A DNA stretch of 64,000 bases from a virus: positions 108,724 through 172,723 of IMG/VR virus record IMGVR_UViG_3300009082_000016; one strand, written 5' to 3'. Positions 17,176 to 26,545 of the stretch are shown here, piece after piece. The position numbers and the translations under genes were made by a program. The notes under the pieces were generated by a model. The model saw only the letters and a program-made list of their open reading frames with translations. It was not told where the DNA came from and made no database searches. Numbering within the stretch: position 1 is the first letter of the stretch; each line of letters opens with the position of its first letter.

Positions 17176-17891
17176 TCTGGTCCTCCTGCCTCCGGAGCCA
17201 GGCTTCCCGGCTCCTGGATGAACTGCCAGAGCAGCTCGCTGCAGACGACGATATCCGCGTCGCTGCCCTGGGGAAAGACGTGGTAGCTCATGTTGCCCTG
17301 CCGGTCGGACCGCCACTCCATCCTGTCAAACAGCGGGTTGCCACCCCGATGCCGCAGGAAGTTGCGGTCGCCAGGGCCCAGGTGCATCCCCATGTTGTAG
17401 TCGAACCTGAGCCCGTTCGGCGTCCAGTCGGGCGTCGCCAGCCAACCTCGTCCAGGCACGTGGAACGACACCCGGATGTTGAAGTACGTGGCCGGCGCGG
17501 ACGAGTTGAAGTCGATGCACATCGCGTCGGGGATTTCGGCGTCGACCGGCGGGCAGCCCTGGCCCTTCAGCTCATCCAGCTTGTCCTCCGCTTGGCGCAG
17601 ATCCCGCGAGCATCCATCCAGGTTGGCCTCGATGACGACGGTGGACCGCCGGCACTCGATGACGTCGTTCAGCGCCCGGAGATGGGCCGCCTTCAACTCT
17701 TCGACGCGCGTCTCGGCGACCGAACGCGCCGGCCGGCACTCGACAAACTGATCCCGGTACCGCTCCTTCTCCTGCGCGATCCGGGTCATGTCGCTGGAGA
17801 CGAATCCCAACGCCACGCAGGTCAGCATCAGGCCGGAGCCGAAAAGCACGAGCGCCACGAACAGGATGTTGCGCTTCGTCTTGTCGATCAT
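17172..17891 (-). CDS. membrane-anchored coiled-coil protein
   Basis: N-terminal hydrophobic helix followed by coiled coil. Confidence 0.6.
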   Translation of the reverse strand: MIDKTKRNILFVALVLFGSGLMLTCVALGFVSSDMTRIAQEKERYRDQFVECRPARSVAETRVEELKAAHLRALNDVIECRRSTVVIEANLDGCSRDLRQAEDKLDELKGQGCPPVDAEIPDAMCIDFNSSAPATYFNIRVSFHVPGRGWLATPDWTPNGLRFDYNMGMHLGPGDRNFLRHRGGNPLFDRMEWRSDRQGNMSYHVFPQGSDADIVVCSELLWQFIQEPGSLAPEAGGPE

Positions 17892-18043
17892 GCGGGGTTG
17901 CGGAACACGCGCTTGCAGTCCGCACAGAGGAAGCGGTTGCGGGGCAGCGCCACCTCAACCCGCTTCCACTGCTTCTTCTGCGTTGCCTTCTGGATCGGCT
18001 TCCGCTCGGAGATGTTCTTGCTGCTACAGAACGGACATTTCAT
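17888..18043 (-). CDS. small zinc-ribbon protein
   Basis: Hand translation MKCPFCSS...CADCKRVF; GAGGAG RBS. Confidence 0.6.
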   Translation of the reverse strand: MKCPFCSSKNISERKPIQKATQKKQWKRVEVALPRNRFLCADCKRVFRNPA

Positions 18044-18055
18044 CGTCTGCTCCTC

Positions 18056-18295
18056 CTACTCGGTCGCATAGGCGTGTACCAGCCGGCCGGCGCTGAACTG
18101 GAACACGACGAACATTCCCGGCCACGCCTCTTCGGGCTGCCAGGGCTTGCCTTCGCTGCCCACGGCAGCGCGATGCCGCTCGACATCATCGTTCTGGATG
18201 ACGATATGCTCGCCGAGGCAGCCATGTGGGTGCTCCGTCAGGAACGGGATGTCCGCCCGCCGGAGCATCTCCATTAGCAGCTCACGATCGGTCAT
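18056..18295 (-). CDS. hypothetical protein
   Basis: MTDRELL start; GGAGG RBS. Confidence 0.55.
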   Translation of the reverse strand: MTDRELLMEMLRRADIPFLTEHPHGCLGEHIVIQNDDVERHRAAVGSEGKPWQPEEAWPGMFVVFQFSAGRLVHAYATE

Positions 18296-18744
18296 TCGTC
18301 CTCCAACTGGTACTCGCCGGGCGCCAGGCCAAGCATCCCGAAACGCTGCCAGAGCAGATCCAGGATGAGCTTGGCCGACAAGACGGCCATCTTCTTGGTG
18401 GCTTCGGACATCTCTCCCCAGGTGGGGATCGTCCTGTTCCCACACTCGCTGCAGGCAACCACGTTGGCGGAATGGACCAGAGCCGCGAACGTCTCGATGT
18501 GGGGCCAGTTGAACTCGACACTGTTGAACCGTCGCTCCCAGTAGGTCGCTGCCTCGTCCTCGATCTGCGGCTGGCTCCTGTCCTTCTCGGCCTGATCGAA
18601 GATGGCGGCCTCTTCCGACTTCACACGGAACTCGTACCGGTCGTCCGGCAACGGCGTCATCTCGAACCAGCAGCTGCGCCACAGGAGGTACTCGCACACG
18701 GCCCGGGCTCTCCGGGCCCCGACGATCACCTTGGTTCCTTCCAT
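18292..18744 (-). CDS. hypothetical protein
   Basis: Coupled ORF. Confidence 0.55.
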   Translation of the reverse strand: MEGTKVIVGARRARAVCEYLLWRSCWFEMTPLPDDRYEFRVKSEEAAIFDQAEKDRSQPQIEDEAATYWERRFNSVEFNWPHIETFAALVHSANVVACSECGNRTIPTWGEMSEATKKMAVLSAKLILDLLWQRFGMLGLAPGEYQLEDE

Positions 18745-19259
18745 CAGCTCTTCAACCACCTTCCCTTGGAATCCCGGGGCCACTTCTTCATCTCCTCCCG
18801 CAGGGAGGACCGCTCGGCCTCCGTCATCGGGTAAAGCTGGCTCGACGAGATCCACGGCACGAGCGACTTCGGCCGCTTCAGCTCCCCCGTCCGGGTGTTG
18901 AAGAACGGCGGGCCTGGGTAGAGCTCAAGGTTGTGGTGGTTGTGCAACTCCACCGGCACGAGTATCTCGAGGTCTTCCTCGAACACCGGCCGCTCCACCG
19001 ACCGCATCGCCGGCCGCACCAGCCAGATCGGGACCGCCTTGAGACCGCGGAACGAACGGCCTTCACCGTAGTAGGTACTCACGCCCTCCCAGCGGACGCT
19101 GGCGCCCGTCACCGCGGCCCGGTAGTACAGGCTCTCCAGAAGCGGGACGCGCTTGATGGTGCGCTGATCCTTGTTTCGGTTCCCATCAACAGGCTGGTAC
19201 TCGATCTCGATCCGGCCCCGGACCAGGACCACGTCACCGATTCGGAACTTCGGCTGCAT
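18744..19259 (-). CDS. hypothetical protein
   Basis: AGGAGG RBS; PKFRIGDVV start. Confidence 0.6.
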   Translation of the reverse strand: MQPKFRIGDVVLVRGRIEIEYQPVDGNRNKDQRTIKRVPLLESLYYRAAVTGASVRWEGVSTYYGEGRSFRGLKAVPIWLVRPAMRSVERPVFEEDLEILVPVELHNHHNLELYPGPPFFNTRTGELKRPKSLVPWISSSQLYPMTEAERSSLREEMKKWPRDSKGRWLKS

Positions 19260-19273
19260 CAGACCTCCTTCCC

Positions 19274-20290
19274 TCAAGACTCGCCGAGCAGCTGCTCGAG
19301 CTCACGCTCGGCGGCCTTCTGGGCCACCAGGAGCGCGTCGACCCGCTCACGATACCGACCCACGGATTTCCGCAGGTCGCTCAGATCCGGCTCTTCACCG
19401 CCGTCCACCCAGCGGGTGAACAGCTTCATCAGCTCCGAGCGCGTCAACACCGGGGCCTCCGGAACCGACGGCTCGATGGCGGGCATAGGAGGGGCCGATG
19501 GCCCGGCAAACGCCGGCGCCTCGATCCGCTCATCGGCACCTGGCGCTTCCGGCACGACCGGGACGGGCACCGCGGCGGGCTTCTTCACAGCCACCATCTT
19601 CTCGGCGATCTCAGCCAGATCATCGAGCTTCGACCAGGGCCACGCCTTGCCGCCGTTCGGGCCGGCCCCCAGGTCGATGGTCGGCGCCGGGAACGAGCCG
19701 TTCTTGATCCAGTTGGTCAGCGTTGTGCGATGCACGCCGATGAGCGAAGCCAGGGCCTGGATCTTCACGTACTCGCCAGCCTTCGAATCTTCCTCGTCGG
19801 CCTTCGGCTCTTCTGCCGCCTCGCAGGCAGGCGCAGGCGCCGGAACCTGCGGCTCGGCCTCGATCGGGTCCGGATCCCACTCCCGGATGGTCAGCCAGTT
19901 GAGCGCGAGGCACTCGCCCCGCAGCTGCTGGGCCTTGTGAACTTCGCGCTCTTCCTCCCGCGAGATCGACTTGTCCTTCACCCAGCCGCTCAGGATCGCG
20001 AGGCGTGTCGGGGCTCCCGATGGGTAGGGAACCTGGGTTGCGAACAGCCGATGGTCGTGCTCCTTGAAACACCACAGGCCCTTCCCGCCGTTGCCCATGG
20101 GCTTGAACGAGTCGTGCGACGCAGAACCCATCCCCTCTCTGGCGAACCGCTGCCACGACCGCTCGAAGCGTTTGAACAGCACCTCGGGCACCGACTCGAT
20201 GAACTCGCGCCCGGGTATCCGGCCGCTCCGCACGAACAGCCAGATCTCACCCCGGGGGCCGGACAGGAACTTCACTGCGCCGTTCGCCAT
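19274..20290 (-). CDS. RelE/ParE (Gp49-like) toxin-fold domain fused to an AlpA/excisionase-like HTH
   Basis: N-terminal PGREFIE...FKPMG..GLWCFK...HRLF...ILSGWVKDK...EVHKAQQLR; central LASLIGVHRTTLTNWIKNGSFPAP. Confidence 0.7.
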   Translation of the reverse strand: MANGAVKFLSGPRGEIWLFVRSGRIPGREFIESVPEVLFKRFERSWQRFAREGMGSASHDSFKPMGNGGKGLWCFKEHDHRLFATQVPYPSGAPTRLAILSGWVKDKSISREEEREVHKAQQLRGECLALNWLTIREWDPDPIEAEPQVPAPAPACEAAEEPKADEEDSKAGEYVKIQALASLIGVHRTTLTNWIKNGSFPAPTIDLGAGPNGGKAWPWSKLDDLAEIAEKMVAVKKPAAVPVPVVPEAPGADERIEAPAFAGPSAPPMPAIEPSVPEAPVLTRSELMKLFTRWVDGGEEPDLSDLRKSVGRYRERVDALLVAQKAAERELEQLLGES

Positions 20291-20316
20291 GTCCTTCTCC
20301 TGGGCCGACTCCACCA

Positions 20317-20820
20317 CTAGCCGGGCTTCTCGGCGTCCTTCAACTCGTCCAGCAGCTCGTACGCCTGGGTGGACGTCGTCGGAATCACCTTGCGGAGCAG
20401 CCTCAGCAGTGCCTGCAGCGTGGGGATGTCCTTCGCGGTCACCCAGAACTTCAGGCTGCTGTCGTTCAGCTGATCGATGTCGGGCGACTGCTCCTCGACC
20501 CACAGGTCCTTCGTGCCCTCGGACATCTTCTTCCCGAAGACGCTGAAGGCGACCTTCACCTGGACGCGGTACGCCGGGTGGTCCTTGTCGACGATCAGGA
20601 CCGGGTCCTCGAAGTCCTCGCCGCACGAGCTGCACGTGAACCCGTTCGAGTCCTCGACGTCGTCGACCTCCTCGGGCTCGAACGACTCCTCGAAGTCCTC
20701 GTTGACCTCGTAGTCGGCGGAATCAGGGCCGCTGAACCGGACCTCGATGTTCCCGCCCAGCGTCGCCTTCGCCCGGGCCTTCTCGTGCCCGCAGTGCGGG
20801 CAACCGTACTTCTTGCTCAT
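20317..20820 (-). CDS. zinc-ribbon protein
   Basis: CPHCG...CSSCG. Confidence 0.6.
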   Translation of the reverse strand: MSKKYGCPHCGHEKARAKATLGGNIEVRFSGPDSADYEVNEDFEESFEPEEVDDVEDSNGFTCSSCGEDFEDPVLIVDKDHPAYRVQVKVAFSVFGKKMSEGTKDLWVEEQSPDIDQLNDSSLKFWVTAKDIPTLQALLRLLRKVIPTTSTQAYELLDELKDAEKPG

Positions 20821-21044
20821 CGCTGCTCCTCCTTCTCCATCCGCCTCCAGATCCGGCTCACCCAGAGCAGGAAGCGGCGCTCGCTCAACCCGCAGCCACG
20901 CATCAGCGTGACCGCCCAGAAGATGCACGCGCCGGCCACGACCCGCACCGAGCGGGAGGCCTTCTCGCCGCGAAGGATGCGCGACACCGAGTTGCCCACG
21001 TACACGCGGGCGCTCGCGTCGGTGATCGGCTTATCCTTCATCAT
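20817..21044 (-). CDS. hypothetical protein
   Basis: GGAGG RBS; coupled. Confidence 0.5.
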   Translation of the reverse strand: MMKDKPITDASARVYVGNSVSRILRGEKASRSVRVVAGACIFWAVTLMRGCGLSERRFLLWVSRIWRRMEKEEQR

Positions 21045-21432
21045 CGTCCTCCAACATGAACTGGGACAGGGGGTCGGTCTCCTCGCCGGAATCGAAGTCC
21101 AGCTCAGCGAACGGGTCGGGCGCGGCGCATGCCGCGCAGGCCCGGAGCTCCCGGTCCCCGAAGAACGCGACGATCGCCCTGGCTTCCTCCCCGTCCTCGA
21201 GGTGCGGGTGGTACGGGAACAGGACGCGACCGCTTGCCTGCGTGAGGTCGTCGGTGATGGCCCGCCTCTCGAACACCCCCTTGAGGAGAATCCTGCCGAA
21301 CTCGTGCAGGAAGCTCTCCGAGGGGATTCCCCTCTTCCCGCACAGGCAGCAGACCCTGCTCCAATCCTGTGGGACATCTCGTTGAAGGAACCAGACGTAC
21401 CACAGGGGTGACTTCCCCTCGTAGACCGGCAT
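21031..21432 (-). CDS. hypothetical protein with Cys pairs
   Basis: GGAGG RBS; CCLC and CAAC. Confidence 0.55.
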   Translation of the reverse strand: MPVYEGKSPLWYVWFLQRDVPQDWSRVCCLCGKRGIPSESFLHEFGRILLKGVFERRAITDDLTQASGRVLFPYHPHLEDGEEARAIVAFFGDRELRACAACAAPDPFAELDFDSGEETDPLSQFMLEDDDEG

Positions 21433-21855
21433 GACCACCTCCCACTGCGGCTTCGACGTTGGCTCGCAGGCACCACACCTGGAGTAGCTGGTGAACGAGC
21501 GGACGCGCGTGCATCCGCTCGAGTTTCTTGATGGCAGCACGAACCTCCTCCAGGAATCGTGATCCGCGGCTGGTCAGCTTTCCGTCCTTCACGAACGGAA
21601 GCCCCAGCGGTGGAAGTCGAACCACGCTTTCCCCGAACTCAACTCCGATCAGGTACCGGAGGAAACCGAGTACCTGACCGATTCGAACTCCCCTCCCTAC
21701 CCACCTTCCCACGACGGGTACGAGTAGCGGGTCGAGCGCAGCTCGACCCAGCACCAGCGCCCTCTTCGCGTCCTTCCTGTTCACCTACACCCTCCTACAC
21801 GACGACTTCTCGCTTCTGTGGTGGCAGTTCTGGACCCTTCTATGCTCTGAGAACT

Positions 21856-22101
21856 CTGTTGTCCTATCGAAGGGTCTCTGTTGTCCTAGTCGGTGGGACC
21901 CTATTGTCCTAGTGGGGGTCCCTGTTGTCCTAGTGCCACGTTTTCGTGATCTTGGTAGGACAATAGGACCCCTCTGCGCCGAAATACAGAGGACTTACGC
22001 TTGGTTTACCCCACACAGACGATAGGACAATAGGGTCCCAGGGACTCTGTTGTCCTAGTGAGGGTCTCTATTGTCCTAGTCGGTGGGACCCTGTTGTCCT
22101 A
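21856..22101. repeat. iteron-like array, putative replication origin
   Basis: Nine copies of CTRTTGTCCTA: direct at 21856, 21878, 21901, 21922, 22047, 22068, 22091 (21-23 bp spacing); inverted at 21956 and 22023; essentially non-coding. Confidence 0.8.
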
Positions 22102-22482
22102 CCGGTGGAACGTCTCGAGGGTGGCCCGGACGTGCGCCCGGGTCAGTTTTGCCAGCTCGACGAACTGGAGCCGGCAGAAGCCGCACAGGTGGCTGTACTC
22201 GAGGTGCTCGTCCTCGCCGGCGGCTTTGAGGCTGATGCGGAAGCCGCCGCGCACCCGCCGGGCAGCGGTCGGCTCGTGGCAGCGGTCGCAGCGTGGGGTG
22301 TTCGAACGCACCCGGAAGAGGACGACCATCGGCTTCCCGTCGGGGCCGGCGATGACGTCCCTGGCCAGCAGTCCCTTCTTCACCATCTGCTGCGTCTGGC
22401 TGAGGATGACGGACGCCCCATCGAACATGCGACGGAAGCCGTCGATCTCGGGGGACGGTTCCCCTGGCTTTTTTCCTGCCAT
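22099..22482 (-). CDS. Zn-finger hypothetical protein
   Basis: AAAGGAG RBS; CDRC...LCGFC. Confidence 0.6.
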   Translation of the reverse strand: MAGKKPGEPSPEIDGFRRMFDGASVILSQTQQMVKKGLLARDVIAGPDGKPMVVLFRVRSNTPRCDRCHEPTAARRVRGGFRISLKAAGEDEHLEYSHLCGFCRLQFVELAKLTRAHVRATLETFHR

Positions 22483-22497
22483 GGCTCTCCTTTTTTC

Positions 22498-22653
22498 TCA
22501 GCGGGAGGCCCAGACGAGCCCCGCCGCAAGGGTGAGAACGACGCCCAGGAAAGCGGGCATCGCTCCGTACTCGATCAGCTTTTCCCCGACTGCAAAGGAC
22601 AGGAGGACTGCCACGCTGATTCCCAGCACGGCACGCCCCGGGTCGAGGCGCAT
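22498..22653 (-). CDS. small two-TM membrane protein
   Basis: Hand translation MRLDPGRAVLGISVAVLLSFAV...FLGVVLTLAAGLVWASR. Confidence 0.5.
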   Translation of the reverse strand: MRLDPGRAVLGISVAVLLSFAVGEKLIEYGAMPAFLGVVLTLAAGLVWASR

Positions 22654-22819
22654 CTATCCCGAGATGTCCCCGCCCCCGATGACCCCGCCGCCGGAGACCT
22701 TCGCCAGAGCGGCAAGAGCCAGGGCGACGTGCCGGTGGGCTGCGATCGTTTCGTTCAGCGCGGTCTGCGAGAAGGCGCCAGGCCGATCGGGAGGACCGCC
22801 GCGGGGAAAAGAGACGGGC

Positions 22820-23164
22820 CTACTCGAGCTCTTCTTCAGAGCGAACAGGCGGCTCTGGGCCTGGCCCAGGTTCTTCAGCGCGTCCTTCAGGAGCGTGGCC
22901 GGACTTGCGGTTCTGGTAGGCACAGTTTTCCGTCGCCTCCTCCCACGATGCCCGCTTCTGCGCGTGCATCATGCCCAGGATAGTACCACGCCTCTTGTAC
23001 CTGTAGCGAGAGTCCCCTTGCTCGATCTTGACCTTGAGATAGTAGTAGATTTCGTAGAACGAGGGGATCGGTGGATCGGGGCGGAAGTCCCGGTAGCGGC
23101 ACGCCCGCTCGCAGCCGTCGCAGCGAACGTGCCGCCAGTACCAGGTCTTGTCACGCCGGGACAC
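22820..23164 (-). CDS. hypothetical protein
   Basis: YKRRGTILGMMHAQKRASWE block; CDGC. Confidence 0.55.
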   Translation of the reverse strand: MSRRDKTWYWRHVRCDGCERACRYRDFRPDPPIPSFYEIYYYLKVKIEQGDSRYRYKRRGTILGMMHAQKRASWEEATENCAYQNRKSGHAPEGRAEEPGPGPEPPVRSEEELE

Positions 23165-23458
23165 CTACGGCTCCGGGAGGTACTCGTCCGGATCCAACTT
23201 CGCCTTCTCCCGCATGCCAAGCGCCTCGAACATCGCCGTGAGCGCCCGGACCGCGTCGAGCTCCGTCACGCCGTCGGGGACGCGGAAGTAGCGCCCGCTG
23301 TCCTCCTTCTCGAGCTGGATGCCGACGTGCCCGTTGCCCAGGTCGGTGATGCCCAGGACCTTCACCTTCTTGGAGGCGCCGCCGACGCGGCGGATCACCA
23401 GGGCCATGAACTTCGTCCAGGCGACGATCAACCCGGGCGTCGTGTCGGATTTCACCAT
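23165..23458 (-). CDS. hypothetical protein
   Basis: GAGGAG RBS. Confidence 0.6.
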   Translation of the reverse strand: MVKSDTTPGLIVAWTKFMALVIRRVGGASKKVKVLGITDLGNGHVGIQLEKEDSGRYFRVPDGVTELDAVRALTAMFEALGMREKAKLDPDEYLPEP

Positions 23459-23748
23459 GTGTGCCTGCTCCTCGCCCTCGGCTCCGTGCCGAGCTCCTTC
23501 TTCTCGATCCTGGTGGCCACATCGTTCCGACGCTCGAGCTCCAACTGCTCCTGCATGTCGATCGGAACGACGATCCGTTCGAACGCCCAGTCGGCACCGT
23601 CCTGGATCTGGTCACCCAGCTCGAGGGCGATCGCCCTGCTGTCACCGAAGGAGAACTTCTCCAGCTGGTCGCGGTCGACGGGGTACGCGGCCGCCTTGCG
23701 GCGGACCAGGGCGATCTCGCCCGCCCGCAGGAACCCGATGACCCTCAC
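23452..23748 (-). CDS. hypothetical protein
   Basis: Coupled ORF. Confidence 0.55.
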   Translation of the reverse strand: MRVIGFLRAGEIALVRRKAAAYPVDRDQLEKFSFGDSRAIALELGDQIQDGADWAFERIVVPIDMQEQLELERRNDVATRIEKKELGTEPRARSRHTW

Positions 23749-24266
23749 CCCTTCTCCTCCGGGGGCTTCACCTCGGCATCCTGCGCCGCCTTCTGGCTCT
23801 CGAGGTGCTTGCGGATCATCGCCTCCATCTCCTTCGAACGAATCTGGGCCACCGCGTGGGCGTTCTCCAGGATCCGCATCGCGACGCGGGCGCCCAGGCC
23901 GACCGGGTCGGCCTTGATGCCCCAGACCGAGCTGACCATCACCGTCTCGATGACCGCCAGCACCTTCTGCGGCTCCATGCCCGAGAAGAGACGGGCCAGG
24001 AAGATGGCGTTCGGCGACAGCGCCGTGTCGTGGTCGCCGCCCATCGGGAACGTGAGCAGGGCCATGTGGTGCTTGTCCCGCACCGCCTCCCCGGCCGGCG
24101 ACGTGGACAGGTAGAGGCAGCCGATCGGCGCAGCCCCGACCAGCTCCTGCAGTGCCTCCTGTTCGCCCCCGGGCAGGGTTTCGAGCTCCTTCTGCAGCCG
24201 GGCGATCTCGTCGGAGATGTGCTCGCAGACCTTGTTGTACTCGACCAGGAACTCCTTGGCGTTCAT
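23745..24266 (-). CDS. hypothetical protein
   Basis: Coupled ORF. Confidence 0.6.
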   Translation of the reverse strand: MNAKEFLVEYNKVCEHISDEIARLQKELETLPGGEQEALQELVGAAPIGCLYLSTSPAGEAVRDKHHMALLTFPMGGDHDTALSPNAIFLARLFSGMEPQKVLAVIETVMVSSVWGIKADPVGLGARVAMRILENAHAVAQIRSKEMEAMIRKHLESQKAAQDAEVKPPEEKG

Positions 24267-25693
24267 TCGTCGACTCCCTTCTTCAGCTGGATGCGGTAGT
24301 AGGTCAGCACCCAGCCTGGTGTGAACCCCACCCTCTCGGCGCGGGGGTTTTCACGCGCATCCTCTCCGGCCTCCTCGATGATCTCGACCAGCTTGCGCCG
24401 GACGGCATCCTCCTCTTCGGCAACATGCAGCGGCAGCCGCCCGACCTTGTGGAACTCCTCCCGCAGCTTGATGAGGCTCTTCCGCATCGCCACCGTGTAG
24501 ACGGCCTTCGCCGGCGCCCACAAGCGGTTGTACGTCGCCTCCCACGTCTTCCGGATGAAGGTGTCCCAGGTCCGCGCTTGATCGCGGCTCAGATGGTACA
24601 CCTCGTCCGGCGGTGTCCTCTTCGGCTCGGGCTTCCCCTGATAGGTGCCCACCGACACCACGGCCATCGATTTCGGCCGTGCGTCGGACAGATGCCGCAA
24701 CCGGACCTGGTAGAACGCCTTCTCGGGCGGCGTGAGATCGCGCTGTAGCGACTCCCGCAGCGCGGTCGAGCTCTCGAACGAGTCGAGCAGGTCGATCTGC
24801 TCGTCCGTGTAGTCCCGGAAGCGGGAGCGCAAGGTTGCTGCGGCGTCCGGGGGGAGAGCTTCCAGGACGTCGCGGACCCGGACGAGTTTCGCCACGCGTT
24901 CGTTGTAGCGGTAGATCAGGATGTTGGCCGCGTTCGTCACGGACAGGTCGTCCGACCGCTTCATCTCCAGAATCTGTGCCCGCAGCGCCTGCAGCGGCAG
25001 GTCATCAAAAGCACGGACGGCCTCCAGCGGGAGCTCCGACGCCGCGGCGACGGGTTCGACCTGCCCCTCCGGTTCGACCTGCCCCTCCGGTTCGGCCTTC
25101 TTCTTCGACTCTTCCATCCTCAGGTCCCTCGGCTTCGGGCGGGACAGGTACGTTTCGCCATACCCGTTGTCGCCCTTCTCTCGAAGGAGACGCAAATCCC
25201 GCAGGCGCGTCAACCACCTACGGATCTTCTTCCACTTCATGCCGGTCTGCTGGACCATCGAGTGCCGGAACAGGCGGTCGACGGCCACCTCCGGCGATCC
25301 GGGTCGCACGAACGTGAGGGCGGAGACCAGCACCAGGGCGGCCTGGCAGCTGCCCGTCCGGCGTGTAAGCTCGGCGAGCGTCGCCAAGTCGTACTCGGCG
25401 TAGAACTTCCCCGGCGCGTCGGGGCGGGCGTCCTTCGGGTCATCCACGACCCCGTCGTCAAGCATCCCCAACATCTGGAGCTGGCGGAGATTCCGGGTGA
25501 CCGTGCGGTAGTGCTGACCGGTCGCCCTGGCGACTTCCACGGGCAGGGGGAGCTCGGGCCTCCCGTTCCGAATGACCAGCAACGACCGGACGCCCAGGAA
25601 GGTGTAACGGCCTGCCCATTCCACACGCGCCGGCTGCCCGTGCCCAGCAAGCATCATGAGCAGCCTCACCGAGATGGTCGGGGCGTCCGGCAT
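24263..25693 (-). CDS. putative replication initiator (tandem winged-HTH-like N-terminus)
   Basis: EVARATGQHYRTVTRNLRQL..LGML and MVQQTGMKWKKIRRWLTRLRDLRLL HTH-like segments; lies between helicase/ParB and the iterons. Confidence 0.5.
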   Translation of the reverse strand: MPDAPTISVRLLMMLAGHGQPARVEWAGRYTFLGVRSLLVIRNGRPELPLPVEVARATGQHYRTVTRNLRQLQMLGMLDDGVVDDPKDARPDAPGKFYAEYDLATLAELTRRTGSCQAALVLVSALTFVRPGSPEVAVDRLFRHSMVQQTGMKWKKIRRWLTRLRDLRLLREKGDNGYGETYLSRPKPRDLRMEESKKKAEPEGQVEPEGQVEPVAAASELPLEAVRAFDDLPLQALRAQILEMKRSDDLSVTNAANILIYRYNERVAKLVRVRDVLEALPPDAAATLRSRFRDYTDEQIDLLDSFESSTALRESLQRDLTPPEKAFYQVRLRHLSDARPKSMAVVSVGTYQGKPEPKRTPPDEVYHLSRDQARTWDTFIRKTWEATYNRLWAPAKAVYTVAMRKSLIKLREEFHKVGRLPLHVAEEEDAVRRKLVEIIEEAGEDARENPRAERVGFTPGWVLTYYRIQLKKGVDE

Positions 25694-25696
25694 GGC

Positions 25697-26545
25697 CTAC
25701 TCCGCGGAGGCACCCTTCTTCGGGCGCATGCCGCGGACGCGGGCCTTGGCCGCCTCGATCTCCTTCTGCAGATCCTTGGGCACGTCCTTCTTCTGGATCG
25801 CCACCGCGATCCCGTCCGACATGCCCTTGTGGTACTCGCTCTCATGCACCTTCGGAGCGAGCACATCGAGCATCAGGGCCAGCGGCTTGTAGCCGAGCAC
25901 CTTGAAGGCGCCGGCCTCCTTGCTGGCCTTCTTCTTGGCGCCCTTGTCGCCCTTCGCCGCCTCCAGCGTCTCGAGGTACCGCTTCAGGGCGGACTCGAGC
26001 CTGGCCTCCGTCCAGCCGTCGGAGATCCACTGCTCGGCCGTCGAGAAGGGGAACTTCCCCTCGTCGATGGCGCGGAGCATGGATTCCGGGGCCTTGTTGC
26101 GGACGGCCAGCACGCGACTGGCCCGGGACGCCGTGATGCCGCACCGCTTGGCGACCTCGCCGAGCTTGTGCCCGCGTCCGACCATCATGCGGAGGTAGTC
26201 CGCCTCGTCGAGCGGGCCGTGCTCGTGCCGCTGGTCGTTCGCGATGAAGCTCATCACGAGGGCGTCGGTCTCGTTGCCCTCGTACAACTTGACCTCGACC
26301 TCCGCGAACGCCTTCGGGTCGCTCTCGCGGATGGCCTGGATGGCCTCGAAGCGATGCCGGCCGTCGACGACGTCGTACGTCGTCGTGTCCTTCCCGCCCA
26401 CCCGGCTGCGGACGGGACGAACGAGCAGCGGGACCTGCAACCCTTCGGTCGCGATGGACTTCGACAGCCCGACGATGTCGCCCTGGGTGCGGCGGTAGCT
26501 GGGCAGTCGATCGACGTGCAACGACTCGAACGGAACCTTTGCCAT
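25697..26545 (-). CDS. ParB/Srx-domain protein with HTH
   Basis: LSKSIATEGLQVPLLVR...YDVVDGRHRFEA...IANDQRH; GEVAKRCGITASRASRVL. Confidence 0.85.
   Translation of the reverse strand: MAKVPFESLHVDRLPSYRRTQGDIVGLSKSIATEGLQVPLLVRPVRSRVGGKDTTTYDVVDGRHRFEAIQAIRESDPKAFAEVEVKLYEGNETDALVMSFIANDQRHEHGPLDEADYLRMMVGRGHKLGEVAKRCGITASRASRVLAVRNKAPESMLRAIDEGKFPFSTAEQWISDGWTEARLESALKRYLETLEAAKGDKGAKKKASKEAGAFKVLGYKPLALMLDVLAPKVHESEYHKGMSDGIAVAIQKKDVPKDLQKEIEAAKARVRGMRPKKGASAE

Noticed and set aside
21104-21784. 226-aa ORF next to the iterons
   Set aside because: Its 5' half may be a real gene, but it runs over most of the better-supported 21031-21432 gene, so boundaries cannot be supported.
21856-22101. 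CRISPR or second guide array
   Set aside because: The repeats are only 11 bp with 10-12-bp semi-repetitive linkers and mixed orientation, which fits protein-binding iterons.
25053-25095. Short in-frame duplications (EPEGQV twice; also VKEKKG twice near 10615-10650 and YGMHGP twice near 35310-35350)
   Set aside because: Ordinary slippage repeats in linker regions.
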